Assembly (NCBI GenBank): GCA_040389905.1
Contig: JAZJZK010000007.1
Coordinates: 265,105-329,104, forward strand
DNA from: Gemmatimonadota bacterium
Lineage (GTDB): Bacteria; Gemmatimonadota; Gemmatimonadetes; Gemmatimonadales; Gemmatimonadaceae
DNA: 64,000 nt
Direction of reading: 5' to 3'
Below are positions 54,926 to 64,000 of this stretch, piece after piece. Below the pieces are notes generated by a model. The model searched no databases, was not told the DNA's origin, and saw only the letters and a program-made list of their open reading frames with translations. Within the stretch, counting starts at the first letter, position 1. Each line of letters opens with the position of its first letter. Position numbers and translations under genes: made by a program.

Positions 54926-55912
54926 ATGTCCATCCTCCGCTATTCCAGCGCGCTGCTTCTGGCCCTCGCGACCGCCGCCGGTGCGCAAAGCAGCTGTCCG
55001 TCTGGCAACGACGACGTGCGCGTCGCCGCATTGTCCGGACTCGCCCAGGTCGAAAGCGACCAGGTGCTCCCCGTCATGCGCAAAGTGCTGGAACGGCGAG
55101 ACGAGTGTTCCGTCTCCCTCCGCCGCCAGGTGATCAGCATGCTGACGCGGAGCCGCTTCGGCGAACAGACCGATCTCTTTCTCACCGTCGCGCGCAATGA
55201 CCCGAGCACGGAAGTTCGGCGCGCCGCGCTCAATGCCATTGCCCAGGTGAATTCCGAGCGCTCGGCTGCGGCGCTGGACTCGGTGGTCTTCAACGCTGGG
55301 GACTCGGATCTCCGCGAGACCGCTCTGCGTGCGCTGGCACAGCAGTCGGCGCCCGCGGCGCGGCAGAGCCTGCACCGCGCTGCGGAATTGACGACCCTGC
55401 CACTCGATCTTCGCATGCGCGCGGTCAGCTACACGTCGTCGTACAACAAGCGGTATCCCGAGGACACGCAGTTCCTCATGAGTCTCTACTCCAAGACGGA
55501 TAGTCCGGAGCTTCGCGACGCGATCATGCGCTCGGTGGCGAACCAGCGCGTGCCCGAAGCGACGACCTGGTTGCTGGCCATCGCCCGCGACAAGAGCCGC
55601 GACATCGATCATCGGCGACAGGCACTCTCAGCGGTGGGGCAAGCGGCGCGTTCGAATGGGCCGAGTGGCGCGACGAGCATCGATCTCAAGACGCTCATCG
55701 GATTGTATGACGACTTCGGGGGCCAGATCGAGATGCAGGACCGGATGATCGATGTGATGTCCCAGCTGCCGGATCAGATGGTCACGGACAAGCTGCTCCA
55801 ACTCGCGCGCTCCGAGGGCAATGTGGACCTGCGGAGGAAGGCGATTCTCCGCGTGGGCCAGCGGAAGGACCCGCGAGTACGGGACTTCCTGCTCGAGGTG
55901 CTGAGCAAGTAA
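54926..55912 (+). CDS. Exported HEAT-repeat protein
   Basis: Signal peptide MSILRYSSALLLALATAAGAQ; repeated helical units (VRRAALNAIAQ, LRETALRALAQ...). C-terminal RRKAILRVGQRKDPRVRDFLLEVLSK is shared with the three HEAT proteins at 60478-63947. Confidence 0.75.
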   Translation: MSILRYSSALLLALATAAGAQSSCPSGNDDVRVAALSGLAQVESDQVLPVMRKVLERRDECSVSLRRQVISMLTRSRFGEQTDLFLTVARNDPSTEVRRAALNAIAQVNSERSAAALDSVVFNAGDSDLRETALRALAQQSAPAARQSLHRAAELTTLPLDLRMRAVSYTSSYNKRYPEDTQFLMSLYSKTDSPELRDAIMRSVANQRVPEATTWLLAIARDKSRDIDHRRQALSAVGQAARSNGPSGATSIDLKTLIGLYDDFGGQIEMQDRMIDVMSQLPDQMVTDKLLQLARSEGNVDLRRKAILRVGQRKDPRVRDFLLEVLSK

Positions 55913-55986
55913 ACGATCGGCGATGTCGCGCCATCTCCGGAGACGCGCGCGAGCCAGAGTAGCTACAGATTGAGGAGCGGTATTGA

Positions 55987-56035
55987 ACGGATGCAACGGA
56001 AACAGCAGGATCAGGCCGTTTCCGTTGCAATCCGT
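55987..56035 (+). terminator. Terminator-like hairpin after the HEAT-repeat gene
   Basis: ACGGATGCAACGGAAAC pairs with GTTTCCGTTGCAATCCGT (one bulge, 14-nt loop). No clear U-tract. Confidence 0.4.
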
Positions 56036-56206
56036 GCGATCCGCTCCTTCCCGTATCCAGTTCGCGATCTATGTGAGAGTCTTGCCAAAACACCGGCATA
56101 TGCTAAATAAATAGCACATAGTCCGGTATGTCGACAACGCTCGCGCCCGACCCGGTGTCCAACCCGTGTCACCTCGATGATCACGTCCCAGAATCAACCC
56201 ACCATC

Positions 56207-59200
56207 ATGAATCACCGCCGCTCGATAGTCGCGGGGCTGTTTGCGATTGTGTGCGCTCTTTCTTCCGCCAGCGCACAGGTGCCCATCACCGGACCCGATG
56301 TCATCCGTGGCAAGGTCACCGACGACTCCAGCAAGGGAGTCGTCGCCAATATCATGATCACGAGAGGGCCTGACCGGCTGACGCAGCAGACCACAACCGA
56401 CAGCGCGGGCAACTTTTCATCGCGCTTCGAGGTGGGAACGGGTGACTACCTCATCTACGTCACCGCAGCTGGGTTCACGCCGGTCCGCCGCCGCGTGACG
56501 CGCGAGACGACGGAGCACGACTTCGTCGCGAATTTCGTCCTCGCCCGCAATGTGGCGCTTCTGTCTGCGGTGAACGTGACCGCAGACCGCCCCGTGCGTG
56601 CATCGAACAACATCTCGCCGACGACACTCGAAGTCGGCGCTGCCGAGAAGTGGCAGGACGGCATCAATGGCGCGATAGCACCGAACATCGCCGGCGACCT
56701 GAATGCCATTGCGGGCACGATGTCCAACGTCACGATGACGGGGCTCGGACCATCGATCCTCGGATCGGGGTCGGAGTCAAATCTCACAACGCTGAACGGG
56801 ATGGGGCTGTCGGCAGGAGCGATTCCGCGCGCCGCCAACACACAGACGCGCGTGACGGGCGCCACCTTCGATCCCACGCGCGGCGGATTCGCCGGCGCGA
56901 ACATCGACGTCAGGCTTGGACCGGGCGACCGTTTCTTCCAGCGCCGCAGCGGCTTCCTGACACTCGATCCGCAGGCCCTTCAATTCACCGACGCCATCGG
57001 ACGATCGCTCGGCGCGCGCAACGGTGGCGCGCGCGGTAGCCTCGGCGCGAACGGAGAAATGATTCGGCAGGCCGCGACGTACAACATCGCACTCGACGTC
57101 GGCCGGACGATCAGCGATCCCGCGACACTGCTCGATGCGGACGCCGACGCATTGCTGCGCGCCGGCGTCTCGCCCGATTCCGTCGCGCGCCTCGTTGCGG
57201 TGGCGAGCCCGCTCGGCATTACGAGTGGAAGTCGCTCCGTGCCGAGCAATCGCCAGCACGACGCCGTGAGCTTTCTCTCGCGTTTCGACGATACGCGAGA
57301 CACGCTGCGGACGCGCGCGCTGACGGGGTACGCCGGCTACACGAAAGACGGGGCGCTTGGATTCGGACCGCTCGCCGCGCCGTCGGCATCGGGCGAGCGC
57401 AAGGAACTGACGTACGGGACACAACTCACGCTCGGCGAATTCGTGGGCCCCGGGCGGCGTATCCTCACCGAGTCGCGCTTTGCAGCGAGCGCGGTGAAGA
57501 CGAACACTGATCCGTATCGTGAGCTTCCGGGTGCGAGCGTGCTGGTGCGTTCGTCCACGCTCGATGCGAGCCGAGACATCACTGGTGTCACGCTGGGTGG
57601 TGCGTCGAATCTCGCGACGGACGACCTGCGCTGGACAGCGGAAGGCTCGAACGAGACCACGTGGAACGCGGGAGGCCGCCGTCACCGGTTCAAGACACAG
57701 CTCTGGGGGCGCGCGGACGGCCTTACGTCCGATGGCATTCCGAATCGACTGGGGAACTTTACCTACAACTCCATCGAAGATCTTTCTGCGGGCCACCCCG
57801 CCAGCTTCACCCGCACGCTGACACAGCCGGAGCGCTCGGGAAGCGTATGGAACACGGCCGCCGCTATCGCGCATCAATGGGCACCGCACCGTTTCTTCAG
57901 CATGCTCTACGGACTGCGTGTCGAGGCGGACGGATTCAACAGTTCGCCCGCGAAGAACAGCGCACTGGATCAGGCGCTCGGCGTCACATCGGGTGTGGCA
58001 CCAACGCGCATTCACGTCAGTCCGCGACTGGGTTTCTCCTACACGTACAACAAGGACAAGGAGAACGGGCAGGGAACAAATCAGACGTCTGTTGGACGGT
58101 TCTATCGCACGACGGCGGGCGTCATTCGTGGCGGTATCGGCAACTTCCGCGACCTGCTGCGACCGGACTTGCTCGCGAGCGCCTCGGCGGCGACCGGCCT
58201 CGCAGGCGGCACGACGATTCTCTCATGCGTTGGTGCGGCAGTGCCGGCGGCAGATTGGGCGAAATTCAGCGCTGATCCAACGAGCATTCCCACGCAGTGT
58301 GTGACAGGTAGCGGTGTCCTCGCCGAGCGTGCGCCCGCGGTGACGCTGATCGATCCGGGGTATGATGTGCCGAATAGCTGGCGTGCATCGCTCGACTGGA
58401 ACACGAGCTTTCGTACCTGGCTGCTGCGTGCTGGCGTACTTGGATCGTGGGATCTGTCGCAGCCCGGCACGGTGGACGCGAATTTCTCCGGAAATCAGCG
58501 GCTGTCGCTTGCGTCCGAGGGTGGGCGTCCCGTCTACGTATCCGCGGCGGCGATCGACCCGACGACTGGTGCGGTGTCCGCCGCTGAGTCGCGACGGAGT
58601 GACCAGTATGGCCGCGTTGGCGTTCGTGTGAGCGACCTCCGCGGCTACGGTGGTCAGCTCAACCTCGGAATTTCGCCGGACGTGTTCAAGTTCCGGAGTG
58701 GCGCGTCGTTCTACGGTTCGCTCAACTACACACTGCAATCGACCAAGCGCGAGTTTCGTGGCTTCGACGGCGCGAGCTTCGGAGACCCACGCCTCCGTGA
58801 GTGGTCAGCGGGACCGAACGACGCGCGCCATGCGCTCGTGTTCACGACTGGTTTCTATACGCAGAAGACGGGCACGGTAACGATGTTCGCGCGGGCGCAG
58901 TCCGGCTTGCCGTTCACGCCGATCGTGCAGGGCGACATCAACGGCGACGGGCGCGGCGGTGATCGCGCGTTCGTGCCCGATCCGAACAAGGAAACAGATC
59001 AAGCCGTCGCGACGCAGATTCGTGCGTTGCTCGCGAACGGTGCGTCGACCGCGCAGCAGTGCCTCACGCAGAACCTCGGCGCCGTGGCCGCGCGCAACAG
59101 CTGCCGCGGGCCGTGGACGCAGTCGTTCAACATCCAGTGGCGTCCGCCGGTGCCATCGCGGTGGGGTGGCCGCGTCAGTCCCAACGTCTATTTGCAGAAC

Positions 59201-59959
59201 GTGCTCGCGGGTGTCGATCAACTCGTGAATGGCAGCGCGTCGCTCAAGGGTTGGGGGTCACCGTCGTTCGTCGATCCGGTGCTGCTCGTGCCGCGCGGCT
59301 ATGATGCGGGCGCGAACCGATTCCGCTACGACGTGAATCCGCGCTTTGCGGACACTCGGCCGTCGAGGAATCTCGCGCTCAATCCCTTCCGCCTGGTCAT
59401 CGACTTCGCGCTCAACCTCTCGACGGATTACGACCTGCAGCAGTTGCGACGCGCGGTGGAACCGATTCGCGCGCCCGAGGGGTGGCAACGTCGATCAGCG
59501 GATTCACTGACGGCGTTTTACCTGCGCAATACTTCGAGCGTTCACAAGGCGTTGATCGCGGAGTCCGATTCGCTGTTCCTCAGTGCCTCGCAAGTGACGG
59601 CGTTGCGCCGCGCCGATTCGGTGTTTTCAGCGCGCGTGCGGGCGATCTACCGTCCGCTCGGCGACTATCTCTCGAAGGGTCAGGGCGGAGCAGGGAAGTC
59701 CGAGCTCGACAGTGTACAGACGGCGTCGAAGGCATACTGGAAGGTGTTCTGGGAGCAGCCAGAGGCCGCCGATTCCGTGGTGACGCAGTCGCAGCGCGAG
59801 CTGTTCCCAATGCTTCGTGAGATGGTGAAGACGCCGAAACCGGAGCGCGAGCACAGCCAGTGGCAGTTCGGCAACCCCGTGACGGTGACGGACAAGCCGA
59901 AGGCGGCGGTGCCGGCAGTGCCCACCACGAATGTGCAGCAGAGCACATCGAAGCCGTAG
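56207..59959 (+). CDS. Giant outer-membrane protein, paralogue of 38551..42285 (CarboxypepD_reg + TonB-receptor-like barrel + helical C-terminal extension)
   Basis: Signal peptide MNHRRSIVAGLFAIVCALSSASAQ; IRGKVTDDSSKGVVANIMITRG..GNFSSRF; plug-like region (DLNAIAGTMSNVTMT...TTLNGM). C-terminal LFLSASQVTALRR and VVTQSQRELFPML parallel the LTxxQ-like motifs of the paralogue. Confidence 0.85.
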   Translation: MNHRRSIVAGLFAIVCALSSASAQVPITGPDVIRGKVTDDSSKGVVANIMITRGPDRLTQQTTTDSAGNFSSRFEVGTGDYLIYVTAAGFTPVRRRVTRETTEHDFVANFVLARNVALLSAVNVTADRPVRASNNISPTTLEVGAAEKWQDGINGAIAPNIAGDLNAIAGTMSNVTMTGLGPSILGSGSESNLTTLNGMGLSAGAIPRAANTQTRVTGATFDPTRGGFAGANIDVRLGPGDRFFQRRSGFLTLDPQALQFTDAIGRSLGARNGGARGSLGANGEMIRQAATYNIALDVGRTISDPATLLDADADALLRAGVSPDSVARLVAVASPLGITSGSRSVPSNRQHDAVSFLSRFDDTRDTLRTRALTGYAGYTKDGALGFGPLAAPSASGERKELTYGTQLTLGEFVGPGRRILTESRFAASAVKTNTDPYRELPGASVLVRSSTLDASRDITGVTLGGASNLATDDLRWTAEGSNETTWNAGGRRHRFKTQLWGRADGLTSDGIPNRLGNFTYNSIEDLSAGHPASFTRTLTQPERSGSVWNTAAAIAHQWAPHRFFSMLYGLRVEADGFNSSPAKNSALDQALGVTSGVAPTRIHVSPRLGFSYTYNKDKENGQGTNQTSVGRFYRTTAGVIRGGIGNFRDLLRPDLLASASAATGLAGGTTILSCVGAAVPAADWAKFSADPTSIPTQCVTGSGVLAERAPAVTLIDPGYDVPNSWRASLDWNTSFRTWLLRAGVLGSWDLSQPGTVDANFSGNQRLSLASEGGRPVYVSAAAIDPTTGAVSAAESRRSDQYGRVGVRVSDLRGYGGQLNLGISPDVFKFRSGASFYGSLNYTLQSTKREFRGFDGASFGDPRLREWSAGPNDARHALVFTTGFYTQKTGTVTMFARAQSGLPFTPIVQGDINGDGRGGDRAFVPDPNKETDQAVATQIRALLANGASTAQQCLTQNLGAVAARNSCRGPWTQSFNIQWRPPVPSRWGGRVSPNVYLQNVLAGVDQLVNGSASLKGWGSPSFVDPVLLVPRGYDAGANRFRYDVNPRFADTRPSRNLALNPFRLVIDFALNLSTDYDLQQLRRAVEPIRAPEGWQRRSADSLTAFYLRNTSSVHKALIAESDSLFLSASQVTALRRADSVFSARVRAIYRPLGDYLSKGQGGAGKSELDSVQTASKAYWKVFWEQPEAADSVVTQSQRELFPMLREMVKTPKPEREHSQWQFGNPVTVTDKPKAAVPAVPTTNVQQSTSKP

Positions 59960-60120
59960 GCAGCGGACAAGAGGCTGGATGCCAGAAAACTGTCATCACG
60001 AACGACGTAGAGCGATCTGCCCTTGTTGCGCGCAGCCGTTGTATACATACTTGTGAGTAGTGGTGCCCACCGCGCCGCTTCGCGAGATCGTCGACTCACA
60101 GTCAACCGAGGAGCGCAGGA

Positions 60121-60342
60121 ATGAACTCGAGGAATCGTCGCTTGGCCGCGCTGGTGTGCGCGGTGGTGGGGTCTGCACTGCTTCAGGCATGCGCGAACGT
60201 CACGACAGGCAGCTTCAGGGCAACGCAGTCGCGGAAGATGAGCAGCTTCGACATGCTGCACTATCAGGCGACGCCAGGTGTGTCGCGGCTGATGATGACC
60301 ACGCAGGGAACGGGCGGGCTCTGGGACTACAAGTACTACTAA
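60121..60342 (+). CDS. Small lipoprotein
   Basis: MNSRNRRLAALVCAVVGSALLQAC (lipobox LLQAC); 73 aa. Confidence 0.55.
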   Translation: MNSRNRRLAALVCAVVGSALLQACANVTTGSFRATQSRKMSSFDMLHYQATPGVSRLMMTTQGTGGLWDYKYY

Positions 60343-60357
60343 GGCAACCGCAACTGA

Positions 60358-60462
60358 CTGAACGCGGATTGAGCGGATGGAGCGGATCAATTCCGAGACC
60401 TGCATGATTTCGTGGTTGATCGGATGTTATTCGCTCCATCCGCTCAATCCGCGTTCAATGTG
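60358..60462. repeat. Family-C palindromic repeat
   Basis: CTGAACGCGGATTGAGCGGATGGAGCGGATCAA....ATTCGCTCCATCCGCTCAATCCGCGTTCAATG, between convergent genes. Confidence 0.85.
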
Positions 60463-60477
60463 CCGGCTGGCGGCACC

Positions 60478-61239
60478 CTAGCGAAGAATCGACTCAAAGA
60501 GATCCAACGCTCGCGCATCGCCAGACTGGCCGAGCCAGAACAGTGCCTTGCTGCGCACATGCGGATCCGGGTTCTTGCGCGCCACGTCATAGAGCATGGG
60601 GATTCCCTCGTTGTGCGGCAACTGGGAGAGCACGAACACCGCGTGCGCCTTGAGGTCGTCGCGCTCATCCGGATCCTCGTCATCGAACGGCTCGTTGGGG
60701 TGACCGCTCGTGGCGGCCGCCGCAAAGCGCGAGAGCCAGAATGATGCATCCCCGCGGGTGTTGCTCGACCGCCGGTTGTCGCGGGCGATCGTGAGGAGCG
60801 TCGGCCAGACCACAGCACTGTCCGCGAGGACGGCCGGAAGAATCGCCTTGCTCGCGCCGCTGTTCGAGTGCGCCGCAATATCCAGCAGATAGCGCGCGGC
60901 CTCACGCGCCGGCACGGCGCCGAGGTCCTTCGCATCACGCGTTCGCGGCGTGCCGACCCACGATTCAACGCGATCGACGTCGCCATCGACGAGGGACAGT
61001 CGTACCTGAACGGGCCCAGCATCACAGCGCGCCCTGCGAGTGGATGACGAGAAGCGACCCATGTACGACGAGCCATACTTGATGAAGGTCGAGCCATCGC
61101 CGCACACGCCTTCGCGAGCGGTGAACTCGAACGTCACGGCGCCGTTTTTCGTGGAGCGAACGCGGTCGGCGAGCGGCTGGGCATCAGCGAACGTGCTCAC
61201 ACCGGCCAGACACATCAGGGCAACAGGGAGAGAGCGCAT
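60478..61239 (-). CDS. Exported HEAT-repeat protein with N-terminal Cys-containing beta domain
   Basis: Signal peptide MRSLPVALMCLAGVSTFADAQ. N-domain ..VTFEFTAREGVCGDG...RCDAGPVQVRL.. parallels the next gene. C-terminal RSKALFWLGQSGDARALDLFESILR. Confidence 0.75.
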   Translation of the reverse strand: MRSLPVALMCLAGVSTFADAQPLADRVRSTKNGAVTFEFTAREGVCGDGSTFIKYGSSYMGRFSSSTRRARCDAGPVQVRLSLVDGDVDRVESWVGTPRTRDAKDLGAVPAREAARYLLDIAAHSNSGASKAILPAVLADSAVVWPTLLTIARDNRRSSNTRGDASFWLSRFAAAATSGHPNEPFDDEDPDERDDLKAHAVFVLSQLPHNEGIPMLYDVARKNPDPHVRSKALFWLGQSGDARALDLFESILR

Positions 61240-61241
61240 GA

Positions 61242-62534
61242 CTACCTCACCAGGATGTCACTGATCAACTTCGTCACGCGGGGATCTTTCTTCTGCGCCA
61301 ACCAGAACAACGCCTTCCCGCGCATCTTGGAATCGCCGTCCTCTTTCGCAATGCGAATGAGAGCGTCGGTCGCCGCGTTTTCCTGCCGCTGCGAGAGGAC
61401 GAAGATCGCGTGCTCGCGAAGCGAGGCGGAATTTTCGTCGCGATAGAAGTTGAGGATGTCGGCGGTCGGCGTGCCCTCGCGCTGACCTGCCCAGAAGAGC
61501 GCCGAGCGCCGGATCTTCGTTGACTCCGACGCATCACGCGCGCGGAGCATCAACCAGCGGCCACCATTGACGTCGTCATCCTGCATGCCCTGGAACACCG
61601 ATTCCTTCAGCTTGTCGCTGTCCAGTCGCGGGTAGACATCGCGCAGGTATTGAAACTCCGCACTCGACGTCTGATCCCCGTGCGAAAGTGCAAAGATCGC
61701 CTGGGCGCGCACGCGTTCCTGCTCCTTCGTGTCCTCGATCATCTGATGGAGGCGTCGCAGCGCGCGGGGGTCCGCGTTCTGTCCAAGCCAGAATGCAACC
61801 GAGTGACGCGTCCCCGCCGCGGGTTCGCGCGAGAGATCGATGAGTGCAGGCACGCCGGCGTTATCATCGAGCTGGCTCAGTGCCGCCACGGCGGCCGACG
61901 CCATTCCCTTCTTCTCCGAATAGTCGTCACTGGCGCCATCCTTCGCGAAGCCAACGAGAGCCGGAATGATCGACGCGTCGCCAACGAGCCCCAACCACTG
62001 AACGGCCTGTCGCCGAGTGCGGTCGGTGCGCGCGCTGTTGCGTGCGAGGGAGAGGAGCGGCTGGATGACCGCCGGATCGTCAGCGAGCACCGCGGGCAGC
62101 AGGAGCCGATCTTTTCCAGACTCCGTTTCCAATTGCGGGACGAGGCTGAAGAAGTACGCGGAAGCCTCCCTGGCGGAAACCGAACCGAGATCGGTGACGC
62201 GCGCATCGGTTTGCGGCCACGCGCCGCCGATCTGCGTCTTGACCAGCGTGACCTCGCCGCGCGACAGCGTGAGGGCAACGCGCACGGGGCCTGACACACA
62301 GCGGGTGTTGTTCCAACTCCCGTACGACTCGAAGTTTCGGGCGAACATCGCATGCCGAAAACCGACGACGTCGCGACCATCACCGCACGCGCCGGCTCGC
62401 GAATCGAACTGCATCCGTACCACGCCATCGCGAGCCTGCGCGACGCGTGATGCAATCGTCCCCTGGGCAGAGAGCGCCTGACCCGTTGCCGCGGCGATCA
62501 ACGCCGCGGCCGGAATGAGCGTGGAGAGCCGCAT
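61242..62534 (-). CDS. Exported HEAT-repeat protein with N-terminal Cys-containing beta domain
   Basis: Signal peptide; ..VRMQFDSRAGACGDG...RCVSGPVRVAL..; several (A/S)(L/I)FW(L/A)GQ repeats. C-terminal RGKALFWLAQKKDPRVTKLISDILVR. Confidence 0.78.
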   Translation of the reverse strand: MRLSTLIPAAALIAAATGQALSAQGTIASRVAQARDGVVRMQFDSRAGACGDGRDVVGFRHAMFARNFESYGSWNNTRCVSGPVRVALTLSRGEVTLVKTQIGGAWPQTDARVTDLGSVSAREASAYFFSLVPQLETESGKDRLLLPAVLADDPAVIQPLLSLARNSARTDRTRRQAVQWLGLVGDASIIPALVGFAKDGASDDYSEKKGMASAAVAALSQLDDNAGVPALIDLSREPAAGTRHSVAFWLGQNADPRALRRLHQMIEDTKEQERVRAQAIFALSHGDQTSSAEFQYLRDVYPRLDSDKLKESVFQGMQDDDVNGGRWLMLRARDASESTKIRRSALFWAGQREGTPTADILNFYRDENSASLREHAIFVLSQRQENAATDALIRIAKEDGDSKMRGKALFWLAQKKDPRVTKLISDILVR

Positions 62535-62537
62535 CGC

Positions 62538-63947
62538 TCAGGGTTTGGTGAGAATGTCGAGGAGAATCTGGCGTATGCGCGGATCGTTTTTCTGTCCCAG
62601 CCAGAAGATGGCCTTCTTCCTCATCTCGGGATCCTTGTCGCTCTTCGCAATCTCCACGAGCTTCTCGGAGGCAACCCGATCACGAGAGTCGGACATCACC
62701 CAAATGAGCTGCTCCTTGAGCGGGCGCTCGGTGAGCTTTTCGTAGAGCGACACCAACTCGGCGCCGGAGATGCCAGCCTGACCTGCTGTGAACAGCGCCT
62801 GTTTTCTGACCTCGATACTCGCACTCGCATCGTTCGCGACGCCGAGGATCCACCGGTCGTTGCCGAAGCCCTGCATTTGCGAGAGCGAGAACAGGATCTC
62901 CTTACGCGCCACGTCGTCATTTCCAGAGCGCCGATAGAGCGCACGCAGGAAGTCCGCGTTCTCCTGGGAGCGGTGCTGGCCGAGCCAGAAGATCGCCTGC
63001 TTGCGCACGTTGTCCGGCGTGCTCTGGGCCTCTGCGAGCTTGCGGATCACGGCAAAGGCGCGCGCCGAGCCGTGCTGCGTCAGTGCAAACACCGCCTTTT
63101 CACGAAGTCCATTGTCCGAGGACGATGTGGCGAGTTCCTCCAAGAGGGTCAGGGCGCGTTCCGACTGTGTCTGGCCCAACCAGAAGACGGCGTCCTCACG
63201 AACGGCGCGACTCGGATCGTTCTTGATGACATCGATCATCAGATTCTCGGTCTCGCTCGACGGCTTCTGGGACAGGAGGAATACCGCCTTCTTGCGCAGG
63301 TTCGCGGAGCAGGCATCGCGACGCTTCAACACTTCCTTGATGATCGGGAGCGCGCTTTGTGCGTCCATCTGCAGCAGCGCATTCATCGCCTCGCTGCGGA
63401 TGTCATCCTTGTCGTCGCCCGACGTGCACCGTGTGTCCTGCGTCGCGGCCCGCGTCACGTCCTCGGCCGACGGAGCATCACCGCGCTTGGCCAACGCACC
63501 CTTGATGCGAATTGCCAGCTCGTCCGCGTCGGAAGACGTATTGGCCTTCGGGAAGCGAGCGTGGTGGTTCTCGAGTACGCGCACCGCCTCGCGAAGGTCA
63601 TCCTCACCGCCGAGGCGGTAGAGCGCGTAGGCGCGATAGTAGAGTGCGTCAGCCGAGTAGGTCGACTTGGGATAGCGGTCGGTGATGCGCTTGAAGGTGT
63701 CCGCCGCGCGACGGTACTGGTTCTTGTTGAGCGCCTCGCGGGCCGCGCGGTACAGCGAGTCCGCTGGATCGGCCTCGTCATACGGGAGTGGCGCGATCTC
63801 CGAGAACGGGCGCGCCGCGGTCATCGGGACCGTGCGAGCGCGCGCGCGGGCAGACGGCGCCTGCGCGGCGGACAGCAATGTGATGGCTGGGATCACCAGC
63901 GCGATGGTCGAGAAGAATCGACGAATGGTCATGGCAGTATTCCTCAT
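62538..63947 (-). CDS. Exported TPR + HEAT-repeat protein
   Basis: Signal peptide; BamD/YfiO-like TPR segment (YRAAREALNKNQYRRAADTFKRITDRYPKSTYSADALYYRAYALY); then repeated A(V/I)FWLGQ HEAT units. C-terminal RKKAIFWLGQKNDPRIRQILLDILTKP. Confidence 0.78.
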   Translation of the reverse strand: MRNTAMTIRRFFSTIALVIPAITLLSAAQAPSARARARTVPMTAARPFSEIAPLPYDEADPADSLYRAAREALNKNQYRRAADTFKRITDRYPKSTYSADALYYRAYALYRLGGEDDLREAVRVLENHHARFPKANTSSDADELAIRIKGALAKRGDAPSAEDVTRAATQDTRCTSGDDKDDIRSEAMNALLQMDAQSALPIIKEVLKRRDACSANLRKKAVFLLSQKPSSETENLMIDVIKNDPSRAVREDAVFWLGQTQSERALTLLEELATSSSDNGLREKAVFALTQHGSARAFAVIRKLAEAQSTPDNVRKQAIFWLGQHRSQENADFLRALYRRSGNDDVARKEILFSLSQMQGFGNDRWILGVANDASASIEVRKQALFTAGQAGISGAELVSLYEKLTERPLKEQLIWVMSDSRDRVASEKLVEIAKSDKDPEMRKKAIFWLGQKNDPRIRQILLDILTKP

Positions 63948-64000
63948 TATTCGGACGCGGCGCCGGCGACGCCGGCGGGAACCGCGGAGCGGATTCGTGG
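63947..64000 (-). CDS. 3' end of an upstream gene (partial, runs off the window)
   Basis: TAATG stop/start overlap at 63947-63949. The open frame reads ...RIRSAVPAGVAGAASE*. Too short to assign a function. Confidence 0.3.
   Translation of the reverse strand, partial: PRIRSAVPAGVAGAASE

Noticed and set aside
1-64000. tRNA, rRNA, transposase, integrase and prophage genes
   Set aside because: A scan of the intergenic regions and the ORF track showed no T-loop or anticodon-arm-like sequences, no rRNA-like stretches, and no DDE, tyrosine-recombinase or phage structural motifs.

Overview
High-G+C bacterial chromosomal window, densely coding. I saw no rRNA, tRNA, CRISPR array, transposase or integrase. 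The gene content and the repeat-derived peptide motifs remind me of Gemmatimonadota or Acidobacteriota soil bacteria, but that is only an impression from memory.

Gene order:
- grpE-dnaJ, then convergent mnmA-iscS/nifS-like genes.
- A 780-bp intergenic block of highly structured tandem repeats.
- kynA and a PIG-L/BshB1-like deacetylase.
- A long minus-strand efflux operon: TolC-like, MacA-like adaptor and one stand-alone ABC ATPase, then three tandem pairs of MacB/LolCE-type permeases (six permease genes).
- A creatininase-family gene, a 1275-aa multi-TM NtrY-like histidine kinase with no adjacent response regulator, and small membrane proteins.
- A RibD_C/DHFR-family gene, an AraC regulator, a decayed HigB toxin remnant, a protein with repeated carboxypeptidase-regulatory-like domains, and two PEP-CTERM proteins.
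- An aldehyde dehydrogenase, a tandem pseudokinase-kinase Ser/Thr kinase, and a UbiB/ABC1 kinase.
- Two paralogous giant (about 1250 aa) CarboxypepD_reg/TonB-receptor-like outer-membrane proteins with unusual C-terminal extensions. One is followed by a beta-propeller-like protein carrying an RGG/FGG low-complexity insert. The other sits among four exported HEAT-repeat proteins.
- An OYE flavin oxidoreductase, a serine hydrolase broken by an in-frame amber codon, a TAT-exported Gfo/Idh/MocA oxidoreductase, an Omp85-like protein, and a radical SAM gene.

Most notable finding: a MerB-like (organomercurial-lyase family) gene has an in-frame TGA at the column of the MerB catalytic cysteine. The TGA is followed immediately by a SECIS-like hairpin with a GGUC apical loop, making it a candidate selenoprotein.

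Intergenic DNA is saturated with several families of palindromic repeats. These generate many spurious ORFs and false N-terminal extensions.
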